In this document: piece after piece, positions 28,893 through 38,105 of the stretch
Numbering within the stretch: position 1 is the stretch's first letter
Layout of the letters: each line of letters opens with the position of its first letter
Assembly: GCA_964291625.2 (NCBI GenBank)
Contig: OZ220089.1
Coordinates: 3,872,001-3,936,000, forward strand
Direction: 5' to 3'
From: Candidatus Latescibacterota bacterium
GTDB lineage: Bacteria; Latescibacterota; UBA2968; UBA8231
DNA length: 64,000 nt
Position numbers and translations under genes: made by a program
The notes under the pieces: generated by a model
Told to the model about the DNA's origin: nothing
What the model saw: only the letters and a program-made list of their open reading frames with translations
The model's database searches: none

Positions 28893-31109
28893 CTACGGCC
28901 GCGGCGACCACAGCATCGCCGGCGCCGTGATGCCGCCGGTGCCGATCTCGTTCAGCTCCTCGTTGAGGATTCTCACGGCCACGGTGTTGGCCGCGCCTGG
29001 CCGCAGGGCGGCGGTGGCGTCGAACTCGAAGGGCTTGAAGCTGCGCCCCGGGCTGTCGCCGAGCAGGCGGCCGTTCACCCAGACCCGGGCCTGCTCGTCG
29101 ACGCTGCCGAAGAAGAGGTGGATCTGCCGGCCCTGCCATGCGGCCGGCACCTCGACCTCGGTCCGGTACCAGGCCGCTCCCTTGTAGTAGTGCAGCCCCT
29201 GCTCGCTCCAGGTGGCGGTGCTGGTGTGCATGGGCTGCCAGTTGCCGCCGATCTCCCCCTCCCGGAACCAGCCCAGGCTCTCGCCCACGCCGGTGGGATC
29301 GATGAGGAATTCCCAGACCTCGGGCAGGGGGGCCACCAGCTCGCCGCCCTCGACGGTGCGCTCGTGGGCCTGCTCCACGGCGGGGCTCCAGAAGCGGTCG
29401 AGGTAGGAGTGGGCGATGCGCGGCCACAGCAGGTGGGCGTTCTCGGCCAGGGGGTAGGCGAGCATCGTGTCGGTGAGGGCCCGCACCTGTTGCAGGCGCT
29501 CGTTGGCGGCGGCGAAGTCGAAGGCGTCGCGATACTCCAGCATGGCGAGGAAGGCCTCCAGCCGCTCGTGGGCGAGGGCGTAGACGCGCACCCGCTCGGC
29601 GTGGACGCCCTCCGCCAGACCGGAGGCTTCCGCCAGCAGGCGGGCGGCCTGCGCCCGCCAGGGGGCGTCGAAGACGCGGGGCAGGCAGTGGCTGCTGCCG
29701 GCGTGGCAGTCGGTGTCGCGGTAGGCGCGGTCGATGGCGTCGAGGTAGGCGCCCATGGGGGCCGCGGCGGGGCCGAAGAAGGACGCGTAGAAGTCGGCCA
29801 GCAGCGCGTCCACGTCGGTCTCGACGTCCCACATGAGCCGCGCCGCCACGTAGAGGGTGGGCGTGTGCGCGGACCACGCCGGCATGCACTCGACGCGCCA
29901 GCCGCGGATGCCGGCGCCGTGAGCGAAGGGGGTCTCCTGGCGGAGGGCGTGGACCTTGCTGAAGGGAAACCCCGGGTCGGCGAGGTTGAAGTAGTAGCCG
30001 CGCTCGAAGATCTCCGGCACCAGCTCTCCCCAGCGCCGCATGAGGCTCTTGTAGAAGGAGCGGTCGGGGCAGACCGGGTTGTCGAGCCCGTGGAGGCGGC
30101 AGAGGGTGATCGGCGCGAAGGCGGGCACGATGCGGGGGTCGGGCTTCACCCGGCGCGGCGGCAGCTTGTACGCGTCGTAGGCGTAGAAGCCGATCTTCTT
30201 GTCGGGGAAGCGGTCCTCCATGCCCTCGAGGATCCGGTTGAAGAGCCAGACATAGCGGTCGGTCATCGACGGTCCCGCGGCGTGGGGGTCCCACTCGCCG
30301 CCGTCGAGGGCCCGGCAGCGGTCGCCCTCGCAGAACCCCCGCCCGTCGTCGGGGCCCAGTCCGATCCAGGGCCGCTCCGGGTGCTCCTCGAAGTAGGCGA
30401 TAACGGCGGCCGTGGCCCGGCGCACGACCTCGGGATGGCTGACGCAGAGCTGCCCGCCCGCGCGTCGCCCGTCCACGAGGGCGAACAGCTCGGGCTCGGT
30501 CTCCACGTCGGCCGGCGGCAGCAAGTGGATGCCGTGGGCGCCGGGGAACCAGTCGCCGCCGAGGCGCTGCCGGCGGTACCAGGGCAGGGCCCGCGTCACC
30601 GCCTGCAGGTTGCGGGCGGCGAAGGAGGGGAAGCGCACGCTCCGCTGCAGGGCGGCGGTCACCGTCGGCCGGCGGGGGACCACCGTGCCCAGCTCTCCGG
30701 GCATGTACCAGCGGACGCCGAGCTGCTCCAGCAGCTCGTAGGCGGCGAAGAGCGTTCCCGCGGGCGTCAGGCCGGCCAGGGTCACTCCGTCCCCTGTCAC
30801 CTCCAGGAGGAAGGCGGCGCGGTCACCGCTGCGGGCCCGGATGAGTTGTACTGCCTCCGGGCTCAGCTCCAGGCCGATGCGCACGGGCGCCAGGCCGGCG
30901 GGGGCCGCGCCCTCGACAATGGGCAGCTCGACGCCGCTCATGAGCCGCAGGTGGTCCCGCAGCTCGCGCGCGGCCAGGGCCTCGTCCTCGTGGGGGTCCG
31001 GCGGCAGCACCAGGGCGGCCAGGGGCTGCCCGCCGTCGATCAGGGGGATCCCGGCGGCGGCCGGCCCGCAGAGGGCGGGAATGCACAGGATGGCGGCGGT
31101 GAATCTCAT
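28893..31109 (-). CDS. Exported DUF4838-like glycoside-hydrolase-related protein with C-terminal GH2-type sugar-binding domain
   Basis: Signal MRFTAAILCIPALCGPAAA. GTLFAAYELLEQLGVRWY, QLCVSHPEV, PDDG..FC, FYAY, RLMWD; C-terminal WEF..DP..G and GAAWYR..FGSVDE..VWVNG. Confidence 0.75.
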   Translation of the reverse strand: MRFTAAILCIPALCGPAAAGIPLIDGGQPLAALVLPPDPHEDEALAARELRDHLRLMSGVELPIVEGAAPAGLAPVRIGLELSPEAVQLIRARSGDRAAFLLEVTGDGVTLAGLTPAGTLFAAYELLEQLGVRWYMPGELGTVVPRRPTVTAALQRSVRFPSFAARNLQAVTRALPWYRRQRLGGDWFPGAHGIHLLPPADVETEPELFALVDGRRAGGQLCVSHPEVVRRATAAVIAYFEEHPERPWIGLGPDDGRGFCEGDRCRALDGGEWDPHAAGPSMTDRYVWLFNRILEGMEDRFPDKKIGFYAYDAYKLPPRRVKPDPRIVPAFAPITLCRLHGLDNPVCPDRSFYKSLMRRWGELVPEIFERGYYFNLADPGFPFSKVHALRQETPFAHGAGIRGWRVECMPAWSAHTPTLYVAARLMWDVETDVDALLADFYASFFGPAAAPMGAYLDAIDRAYRDTDCHAGSSHCLPRVFDAPWRAQAARLLAEASGLAEGVHAERVRVYALAHERLEAFLAMLEYRDAFDFAAANERLQQVRALTDTMLAYPLAENAHLLWPRIAHSYLDRFWSPAVEQAHERTVEGGELVAPLPEVWEFLIDPTGVGESLGWFREGEIGGNWQPMHTSTATWSEQGLHYYKGAAWYRTEVEVPAAWQGRQIHLFFGSVDEQARVWVNGRLLGDSPGRSFKPFEFDATAALRPGAANTVAVRILNEELNEIGTGGITAPAMLWSPRP

Positions 31110-31445
31110 GGGGGACCTCCTCGGGAGGAGAGGCAAGGCGGCGGCGAATCTCGGGGAGACCTTCCGGTCAAGGAGGCTCGGCGGTGACCCGCACGCAGAA
31201 GGCCGGAACGCACAGGAAGGCTGGCGGCGAATCCCATGGGAGATCCCTGCGGCCACCAGGCGGCGGGGCCACTGTCACCGGCCCCTGGAGCGGCGTCGAA
31301 ACTGTTGGGCACCTTCCGGGCGGCGAGGCACGGCGGCGGCCGAACCGATGGGGGCACCCTCCATGGCGGCGGGGCTCGGCGGCTTCAGGGTGCCCCGCGC
31401 CGGCCCGGCGGCGGACCCGGGAGCGGTCCGCTCGGCGTGCCTCGA

Positions 31446-33416
31446 TCACGAGTCGTCCCTCCGGCAGCGCCAGGGCCAGCAGCTGCGGCGCCCCGTGGTC
31501 GCCGTTGATGGGGACCACCAGGTACTGGCGGCCGTCGACCATGTAGCTGATGGGGTTCCCCCGGGCTGGTCCCGGAGCCTGATCTCCGCCAGGACCGCGC
31601 CCGTCTCCAGGTCGAAGGCGCGCAGGCGGGGCCACGGGTCGACGAAAGCCTCGAAGCCCGGGCTGGCCATCCCGCGAGGCCAGCTGGTGGCCAGGACCAG
31701 CATCGTCTCCGTGGCCAGCGGGAAGCTGCGGTCGAACCAGCCCAGGGGCGGCAGGTCGAGATCGCGCAGGGCCGGATGGTTGACCGGGCCCTCGCCGACC
31801 GGGCTCATCCACAGGTGCTCTCCCGTGTCCAGGTCGATGGCGGTGACGCGGCCGTAGGGGGGCCTGGTCAGCGGCAGGCCGTCGACGAAGGGGACGTCCC
31901 ACTTGGAGCTGGTCCAGTCGGAAGCGCGGGAGGGACGCAGGAAGGCGTCCAGGACTCCCACCTTCTCCACCCGGACGACATCGGGCTCGGTGCGCGAGGG
32001 CACGTAGAGCACGTTCGTTCCCGGCACCAGGGCCGCGCCGTTCCAGTCCGTGGCGCCCTGGCCCCCGGGCAGGGTCAGGGTGCCACGCTCGGAGGGCGGC
32101 GTGTACAGGGGCCCGTGCTCGAACTGGCGCAGATGTTCCAGGGCCCTGCGCCTCAACTCGGGCGTGAAGTCGATGAGGTCTTCCTCCTGCAGGCCCTGGT
32201 AATCGTATGGCGCGGGCCGGGTGGGGAAGGGCTGGGTGGGCCAGCTCCTCTCGCCGGGGACCTTCGACACCGGCACCGGGCGTTCCTCGATCGGCCAGAC
32301 CGGCTCCCCCGTGGTGCGGTCGAGGACATAGCAGAAGGCTTGCTTGCTCACCTGGGCCAGGGCCTTGACCGGCCTGCCGTCGACCGTGATGTCGGCCAGC
32401 ACCGGCGGCGCCGACAGGTCGTAGTTCCACAGGCCGTGGTGGATCATCTGGTAGTGCCAGACCCGCATCCCCGTGGCGGCCTCGACGCAGACCAGGCTCT
32501 GGCTGAAGAGGTTGGCCCCGGGGCGGTCGCCGCCGTAGTAGTTGTGGGTGGTCGCGCTGGTCGGCAGGTAGACGTGGCCCAGCTCCTCGTCGGCGCTCAT
32601 GGCCGACCACACGTTGGCCTGCCCGAAGTACCGCCACGCCTCGTTCTCCCAGGTCTCGTTGCCGGGCTCCCCCTCCTGCGGCACCGTGTGGAAGATCCAG
32701 AGCTGCTCGCCGGTGCGGGCGTCGAAGCCGCGCACGTCCCCCGGGGTGGAGTACTCTTCGGGGGTCTCGCTGTGCCAGTCGACGATGCCGGCGCCGACGA
32801 CCACGACGCCGCGGCAGACGATGGGCGGCGAGGTGACGCAGTAGCGCTCGCGGTCGATCGGCCGCCGCAGCCCCGCGCCCAGGTCGACGAAGCCGCCCTC
32901 GCCGAAGGCCGGGTCGGGGCGGCCGGTCTCGGCGTCGATGGAGTAGAGGCGGTCGTCGGCGGTGCCGTAGAACACCCGCTTCACGCCGCCGCTGCGCCAG
33001 TAGGCGACGCCGCGGGCGGTGCCGCGGTAGCCGTCGGCCTCCCAGGCCCGGGGGTCGAAGGCCCACAGCTCCTCGCCGCTGGCCGGGTCGACGGCGCAGA
33101 GGATGTTGAAGGGGGAGCCGTAGTAGAGGACACCGTCGGCCACCAGGGGCGTGCCCTTGTTCCACCTGGGGCCGAAGCCCTCGGCCTCGGCGACCGCCAG
33201 GTCGGGCGCCGTGTAGCGCCAGGCCTCCCGCAGCTGGTGGAAGTTGCCGCCGTCGATCTGCGACAGGGGCGCGAACCGGGTGCTGGCGGCGTCGGCGGCG
33301 TACGAGGACCACTCCCAGCCGCGGGCTGCGCAGGGGGCCAGGAGAAGCAAGGCCGCAAGGCATGGTGTGACTGCAGAGCGCATGGGCGGCTCCACCGTCA
33401 CCGGCGCTTCGATCAC
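31446..33416 (-). CDS. PQQ-dependent dehydrogenase (glucose/quinate DH-like), paralog 2, with frame-altered C-terminal ~35 codons
   Basis: TRFAPLSQI, TPLVADGVLY, RGVAYW, PGDVRGFDARTG and PPYGRVTAIDL. The start is either the GTGA overlap at 33416 or ATG 33383. The homologous tail NPISYMVDGRQY is out of frame from about 31560. Confidence 0.8.
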   Translation of the reverse strand: MIEAPVTVEPPMRSAVTPCLAALLLLAPCAARGWEWSSYAADAASTRFAPLSQIDGGNFHQLREAWRYTAPDLAVAEAEGFGPRWNKGTPLVADGVLYYGSPFNILCAVDPASGEELWAFDPRAWEADGYRGTARGVAYWRSGGVKRVFYGTADDRLYSIDAETGRPDPAFGEGGFVDLGAGLRRPIDRERYCVTSPPIVCRGVVVVGAGIVDWHSETPEEYSTPGDVRGFDARTGEQLWIFHTVPQEGEPGNETWENEAWRYFGQANVWSAMSADEELGHVYLPTSATTHNYYGGDRPGANLFSQSLVCVEAATGMRVWHYQMIHHGLWNYDLSAPPVLADITVDGRPVKALAQVSKQAFCYVLDRTTGEPVWPIEERPVPVSKVPGERSWPTQPFPTRPAPYDYQGLQEEDLIDFTPELRRRALEHLRQFEHGPLYTPPSERGTLTLPGGQGATDWNGAALVPGTNVLYVPSRTEPDVVRVEKVGVLDAFLRPSRASDWTSSKWDVPFVDGLPLTRPPYGRVTAIDLDTGEHLWMSPVGEGPVNHPALRDLDLPPLGWFDRSFPLATETMLVLATSWPRGMASPGFEAFVDPWPRLRAFDLETGAVLAEIRLRDQPGGTPSATWSTAASTWWSPSTATTGRRSCWPWRCRRDDS

Positions 33417-35347
33417 GGGTCTCCCTCCGGCAGCGCCAGGGCCAGCAACTCCGGCGCCCACCGGTCGCCGTTGACGGGGATGACCAGGTACTGGCGCCCG
33501 TCCACCATGTAGCTCATGGGGTGGCCGCCGGGCTGGTCCTGGAGCTTCAGCTCCGCCAGGACCGCCCCCGTCTCCAGGTCGAAGGCCCGCAGACGGGGGG
33601 CCCGCTCGACGAAGGCCTCGGGGAGCCAGAGCAGCCCGCGAGTGCTCCCGGTGGCCAGGACCAGGACCGTCTCGGTGGCCAGCGGATAGCTGCGGTCGAC
33701 CCAGCCGAGGGGCGGCAGGTCGAGGCCGCGCAGGGCCGGATGGTTGACCGGACCCTCGCCGACCGGGCTCATCCACAGGTGCTCTCCCGAGTCCAGGTCG
33801 ATGGCGGTGACCCGGCCGTAGGGGGGCTTCACCAGCGGCAGGCCGTCGACGTGGTCATCGCCCCCCGTGAAGCTGGCGTAGTCCGAGACGCGGAAGGGAC
33901 GCACGAGGCCGCCCAGGGCTCCCACCTTCTCCACGCGGACGATGTCGATCTCGATGCTGGAGGGGACGTAGAGCACGTTCGTTCCCGGCGCGAGGGCCGG
34001 GCCGTTCCAGTCGGTGGCGCCCCAGCCTCCGGGCAGGACCACCGTGCCCCGCTCGGAGGGCGGCGTGAACAGGGGCCCGTGCTCGAACCGGCGGAGACGG
34101 TCCAGGGCCCTGCGCCTCAGCTCGGGCGTGAAGTCGATGAGGTCCTCTTCCTGCAGGCCCTGGCGGTCGTAGGGCGCTGGCCGGGTGGGGAAGGGCTGGG
34201 TGGGCCAGCTCCTCTCGCCGGGGACCTTCGACACCGGCACCGGGCGTTCCTCGATGGGCCAGACCGGCTCCCCCGTGGTCCGGTCGAGGACGTAGCAGAA
34301 GGCCTGCTTGCTCACTTGGGCCAGGGCCTTGATCCGCCTGCCGTCCACGGTGATGTCGGCCAGCACCGGCGGCGCCGACAGGTCGTAGTTCCACAGGCCG
34401 TGGTGCACGAACTGGTAGTGCCAGACACGCCTGCCGGTGGCGGCCTCCAGGCAGACCAGGCTCTGGCTGAAGAGGTTGGCCCCGGGACGGTCGCCGCCGT
34501 AGTAGTTGTGGGTGGTCGCGCTCGTCGGCAGATAGACGTAGCCCAGCTCCGGGTCGGCGCTCATGGCCGACCACACGTTGGCCTGCCCGAAGGTTCGCCA
34601 GGCCTCGTTCTCCCAGGTCTCGTTGCCGGCCTCGCCCTCCTGCGGCACCGTGTGGAAGACCCAGAGCTGCTCGCCGGTGCGGGCGTCGAAGCCGCGCACG
34701 TCGCCCGGGGTGGCGTACTCTTCGGGGGGCTTCGCGTGCCAGTCGACGATGCCGGAGCCGACCACCACCACGCCGCGGCAGACGATGGGCGGCGAGGTGA
34801 CGCAGTAGCGCTCGCGGTCGATGGGCCGCCGCAGGCCCTCGCCCAGATCGACGAAGCCGCCCTCGCCGAAGGCCGGGTCGGGGCGGCCGGTCTCGGCGTC
34901 GATGGAGTAGAGGCGATCGGTGGCGGTGCCGTAGAACACCCGCTTCACCCCGCCGCTGCGCCAGTAGGCGACGCCGCGGGAGGTGCCGCGGAAGCCGTTG
35001 TCCTCCCAGGCCCGGGGGTCGAAGGTCCACAGCTCCTCGCCGCTGGCCGGGTCGACGGCGCACAGGACGTTGAAGGGGGAGCCGTAGTAGAGGACACCGT
35101 CGGCCACCAGGGGCGTGCCCTTGTTCTGGTAGACCCCCGGGCCACCGGCCGCGGCGATCACCTTGTCGGGCGCGGTGTAGCGCCAGACCTCCCGCAGCTG
35201 GTGGAAGTTGCCGCCGTCGATCTGCGACAGGGGCGCGAACCGGGTGCTGGCGGCGTCGGCGGCATAGGCGGACCATTCCCAGGCGCGGGCAGCGCCGGCG
35301 GCCAGGAGCAGCAGCGCCGCAAGGCAGGGTATCCTGAGGCCACTCAT
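33413..35347 (-). CDS. PQQ-dependent dehydrogenase (glucose/quinate DH-like), paralog 1
   Basis: Signal peptide, the same PQQ propeller motifs, and an intact tail HPMSYMVDGRQYLVI. Confidence 0.88.
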   Translation of the reverse strand: MSGLRIPCLAALLLLAAGAARAWEWSAYAADAASTRFAPLSQIDGGNFHQLREVWRYTAPDKVIAAAGGPGVYQNKGTPLVADGVLYYGSPFNVLCAVDPASGEELWTFDPRAWEDNGFRGTSRGVAYWRSGGVKRVFYGTATDRLYSIDAETGRPDPAFGEGGFVDLGEGLRRPIDRERYCVTSPPIVCRGVVVVGSGIVDWHAKPPEEYATPGDVRGFDARTGEQLWVFHTVPQEGEAGNETWENEAWRTFGQANVWSAMSADPELGYVYLPTSATTHNYYGGDRPGANLFSQSLVCLEAATGRRVWHYQFVHHGLWNYDLSAPPVLADITVDGRRIKALAQVSKQAFCYVLDRTTGEPVWPIEERPVPVSKVPGERSWPTQPFPTRPAPYDRQGLQEEDLIDFTPELRRRALDRLRRFEHGPLFTPPSERGTVVLPGGWGATDWNGPALAPGTNVLYVPSSIEIDIVRVEKVGALGGLVRPFRVSDYASFTGGDDHVDGLPLVKPPYGRVTAIDLDSGEHLWMSPVGEGPVNHPALRGLDLPPLGWVDRSYPLATETVLVLATGSTRGLLWLPEAFVERAPRLRAFDLETGAVLAELKLQDQPGGHPMSYMVDGRQYLVIPVNGDRWAPELLALALPEGDP

Positions 35348-35361
35348 CGGAGGACGATTCA

Positions 35362-36402
35362 ATGCAGAACGCATGGGCGGGCGTGGAAGAGAGCGATCTC
35401 GCGATCCGAATCGAGACCGACCAACTCGAGGCCGTCATACCCAGGAGGGACCCCAGGCAGTGGATGACCGGCATCGAGAAGGGATCGTTCGTCGACAAGG
35501 CCACCGGCTTCCGGGAGATCGGCGACGGCCTGATGGTCGTCGACTGGCTCATGGAAGCGGGCAGCGACGAGGACTACGGCGACCGGGTGATCGCCCCGGA
35601 CGGACACGGTGTCGGCCGGTACTCGTGGTACGAGAACGAGACCGACCCGGGGCGGCGCTACTACACGCGCATGTCTCACGGCAGCAGCCACCGCAAGCGC
35701 ATGGTCGAGGGGCCGCAGCTCTGTCACCGGATGAAGCCCGTCCAGCCGGAGGTGATCCACGCGGCGGAGTTCGTCGCCGTCACGACCACCTGCCGGTTCG
35801 AGTACGCCGCCCCCGGCCGCAAGACCGGGTCGCGCTGGACGCAGCGGATCGTCTTTCCCCGGGGGGAGCGGTTCTTCGTCCTCATGGACCGGATCGACAG
35901 CGTCAACGATTCGCCGGAGATGTTTCTGCGCAACGACACGCCGGGATGCGTCCGCCACGAGAGAGGGGATACGTTCAGCGAGATCTACCTCAGCTATCTC
36001 GGCGGTCCCAAGGGGGTGCGCATCCCGTCCGGCGAGTTCTTCACCCCCTTCCCGCCGGACCTGAAGTTCGGCTACCGCCGGGACCTGAACCGGACGCCGG
36101 AGCACTTCATTCGTGCATACCATACGCGGGACAGCCGGACGGGTGAGCAAGGTCCCTGGCTGGCGGGGTTGACCCTCGAGCCGTCCGTGGTCTACGAGGC
36201 GTGGTGCAGCCAGCGGCCCGGCGGCATCATCGTCATGATCGAGGAGATTCACGGGAAGCCGGTAAAGGCGGGCGACTCCTTCGGTGCGGCCCACATCGTC
36301 GGCTGGTTCGACACGATCGAGGAGATGCACCGGATCTTCGACCGGTACAGGGGACACACCGCGCTGGCCGCTGACGCCTCGGGCTGGCAGCTGGTGAGAT
36401 AG
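35362..36402 (+). CDS. Hypothetical protein
   Basis: 346-aa ORF with host-like GC3 bias and protein-like composition. No motif recognised. Confidence 0.7.
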   Translation: MQNAWAGVEESDLAIRIETDQLEAVIPRRDPRQWMTGIEKGSFVDKATGFREIGDGLMVVDWLMEAGSDEDYGDRVIAPDGHGVGRYSWYENETDPGRRYYTRMSHGSSHRKRMVEGPQLCHRMKPVQPEVIHAAEFVAVTTTCRFEYAAPGRKTGSRWTQRIVFPRGERFFVLMDRIDSVNDSPEMFLRNDTPGCVRHERGDTFSEIYLSYLGGPKGVRIPSGEFFTPFPPDLKFGYRRDLNRTPEHFIRAYHTRDSRTGEQGPWLAGLTLEPSVVYEAWCSQRPGGIIVMIEEIHGKPVKAGDSFGAAHIVGWFDTIEEMHRIFDRYRGHTALAADASGWQLVR

Positions 36403-36408
36403 GATCCG

Positions 36409-37134
36409 TTACCCGGTCTCTTCGAGAGCTGCCTTCAGCCGGGCCGGGTAGTTCGTCAGGATCCCGTCGACGCCGATGTCGATGAAGGCCCGCATGTCTT
36501 CGGGGGTATCCGCGTAGAAGACGTGCACGATGCGTCCCGCCTCGTGCGCCTTCCGCACGAACTCCGCCGTCGTGATGTCCCGCCCCGGCTGCATCGTCCG
36601 CAGCCCCATCTCCGCCGACTTCCGGATGTACTCCTCCGGCGTGCGGCTGCCGCGGAAGATCCGGCACTCGATCCGGGGGTCGATCCCGGCGAAGATGCCG
36701 ACGCTTTCATCACGGCACGTCACGACCGACCTCTCCACCATCCCGAAGCGGTCCATCGCCTCGGCAACCCTGCGCTCATAGGCGCCATCCGGGTCGCCCC
36801 CCTCCTTGAGGTGGACGTTGAGTCCAACCCTCCCCTGCACGAAGTCCAACGCCTCTTCCCACGTCGGCACACGTTCGCCCCGGAACCGTCCATCGAAGGC
36901 GCTTCCCGCATCGAGGGCCTTGATCTCGGCCACCGTCATCTCCGCGATGGCGCCCGTGCCGTCGGTGGTCCGATCCACCGTCGCATCGTGCATGATGACG
37001 AGATGGCCGTCCTTCGTCGAGTGGAGGTCGAGCTCGATCTCGTCGACACCGATCTCCAAGGCCTTCTCAAATGCGAGCAGCGTGTTCTCGGGGTAGTCTC
37101 CCGACGCCCCACGGTGGGCCACATTGACAACCAT
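36409..37134 (-). CDS. Glycerophosphodiester phosphodiesterase family protein
   Basis: AHRGASG..PENTL, ELDLH, HDATVDRTT and GVDGILTNYP. Confidence 0.92.
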   Translation of the reverse strand: MVVNVAHRGASGDYPENTLLAFEKALEIGVDEIELDLHSTKDGHLVIMHDATVDRTTDGTGAIAEMTVAEIKALDAGSAFDGRFRGERVPTWEEALDFVQGRVGLNVHLKEGGDPDGAYERRVAEAMDRFGMVERSVVTCRDESVGIFAGIDPRIECRIFRGSRTPEEYIRKSAEMGLRTMQPGRDITTAEFVRKAHEAGRIVHVFYADTPEDMRAFIDIGVDGILTNYPARLKAALEETG

Positions 37135-37142
37135 CGCTCCTC

Positions 37143-38105
37143 CTACAGACGCGTGATGTCGACGCGGACGGGGATGGCGCTGGTCCAGGCCCGGCGCCCG
37201 TTCTCCTGCTCCACGCACGCGAAGACCCAGTCCTGCATGCGGTAGCCGTCCACGGTCAGGTCGACCTCGAACCGCTCGGCCGGCGTCTTCGACTGGACGC
37301 TGCGGACACCGAAGCCGATCGAGCGGACGTGGCACGCCGTGCACGGGCTGCACTCGACGACGATCGCTCCCCGCGGCTCCAGGCGGACAGCGCGGATCTC
37401 GGGACCCTCGCTGGCATAGGTGCGGTGGGCCCGGACCGCCTCCAGGACTCCCGCCGCGCCGGGGCGGCGGACGAGCACCCCCGTCCACGTCTGTCCGGTC
37501 ACGGCCGCGTCCTCCAGCACGGTCGCATCGTCCACGCCGATGGCGGGCAACCGGGCCCCGGCGTTGAGGAGCATCTGCCACAGCTCCTCGGCCCGCTCCT
37601 TGCCGTTGATCTGCCACGACAGGCGGTTGCTCAGCTCGAAACCCGCAAGGCCGGAACGGGCCAGGGTGAGGGCCCTCTCCCAGGTATAGCCGCTCCAGGC
37701 CGGATGGGGGAGCGTGGCCAGACCGCCCTGGGCCTCGGTCTCCCGCGCCAGCCGGGCGACATCCTCCACCGTGCCGTCGAGGGGCCGCGGCACCTCTCGC
37801 AGGCCCAGGCAGATGATGTGCATCAGGTCGTCGTATTCCGGCCAGAAGACCTCCGCTCCCGGGATCGTGAAGAAGGACTCCGTCGCCTCGGGCATGGGCG
37901 TGATGCTGAGATAGTCGGTCGTGGCGAGGAAGTCGAAGCCCATCGCTCGATAGTGATCGCAGACCGCTTCGGGCTCGCCCATCTGCGCCACGTGGCTGTG
38001 GAGGCCGCCCCGGAGCCACCGTCCCCCGCCCTCGAACTGGTTGTCGGCGTCGACGGCCAGCCGGATCGGCCCCACCTTGTCCCGCCCTTCAATCTCGAAG
38101 GTCAT
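37143..38105 (-). CDS. PHP-domain metallohydrolase (CehA/McbA-like)
   Basis: GGLHSH, DFLATTD, GAE, HP, GVDDA, YASEGP and AWTSAI. Confidence 0.8.
   Translation of the reverse strand: MTFEIEGRDKVGPIRLAVDADNQFEGGGRWLRGGLHSHVAQMGEPEAVCDHYRAMGFDFLATTDYLSITPMPEATESFFTIPGAEVFWPEYDDLMHIICLGLREVPRPLDGTVEDVARLARETEAQGGLATLPHPAWSGYTWERALTLARSGLAGFELSNRLSWQINGKERAEELWQMLLNAGARLPAIGVDDATVLEDAAVTGQTWTGVLVRRPGAAGVLEAVRAHRTYASEGPEIRAVRLEPRGAIVVECSPCTACHVRSIGFGVRSVQSKTPAERFEVDLTVDGYRMQDWVFACVEQENGRRAWTSAIPVRVDITRL

Noticed and set aside
28524-31187. 887-aa plus-strand ORF
   Set aside because: Antisense to the DUF4838-like gene, with no motifs of its own.
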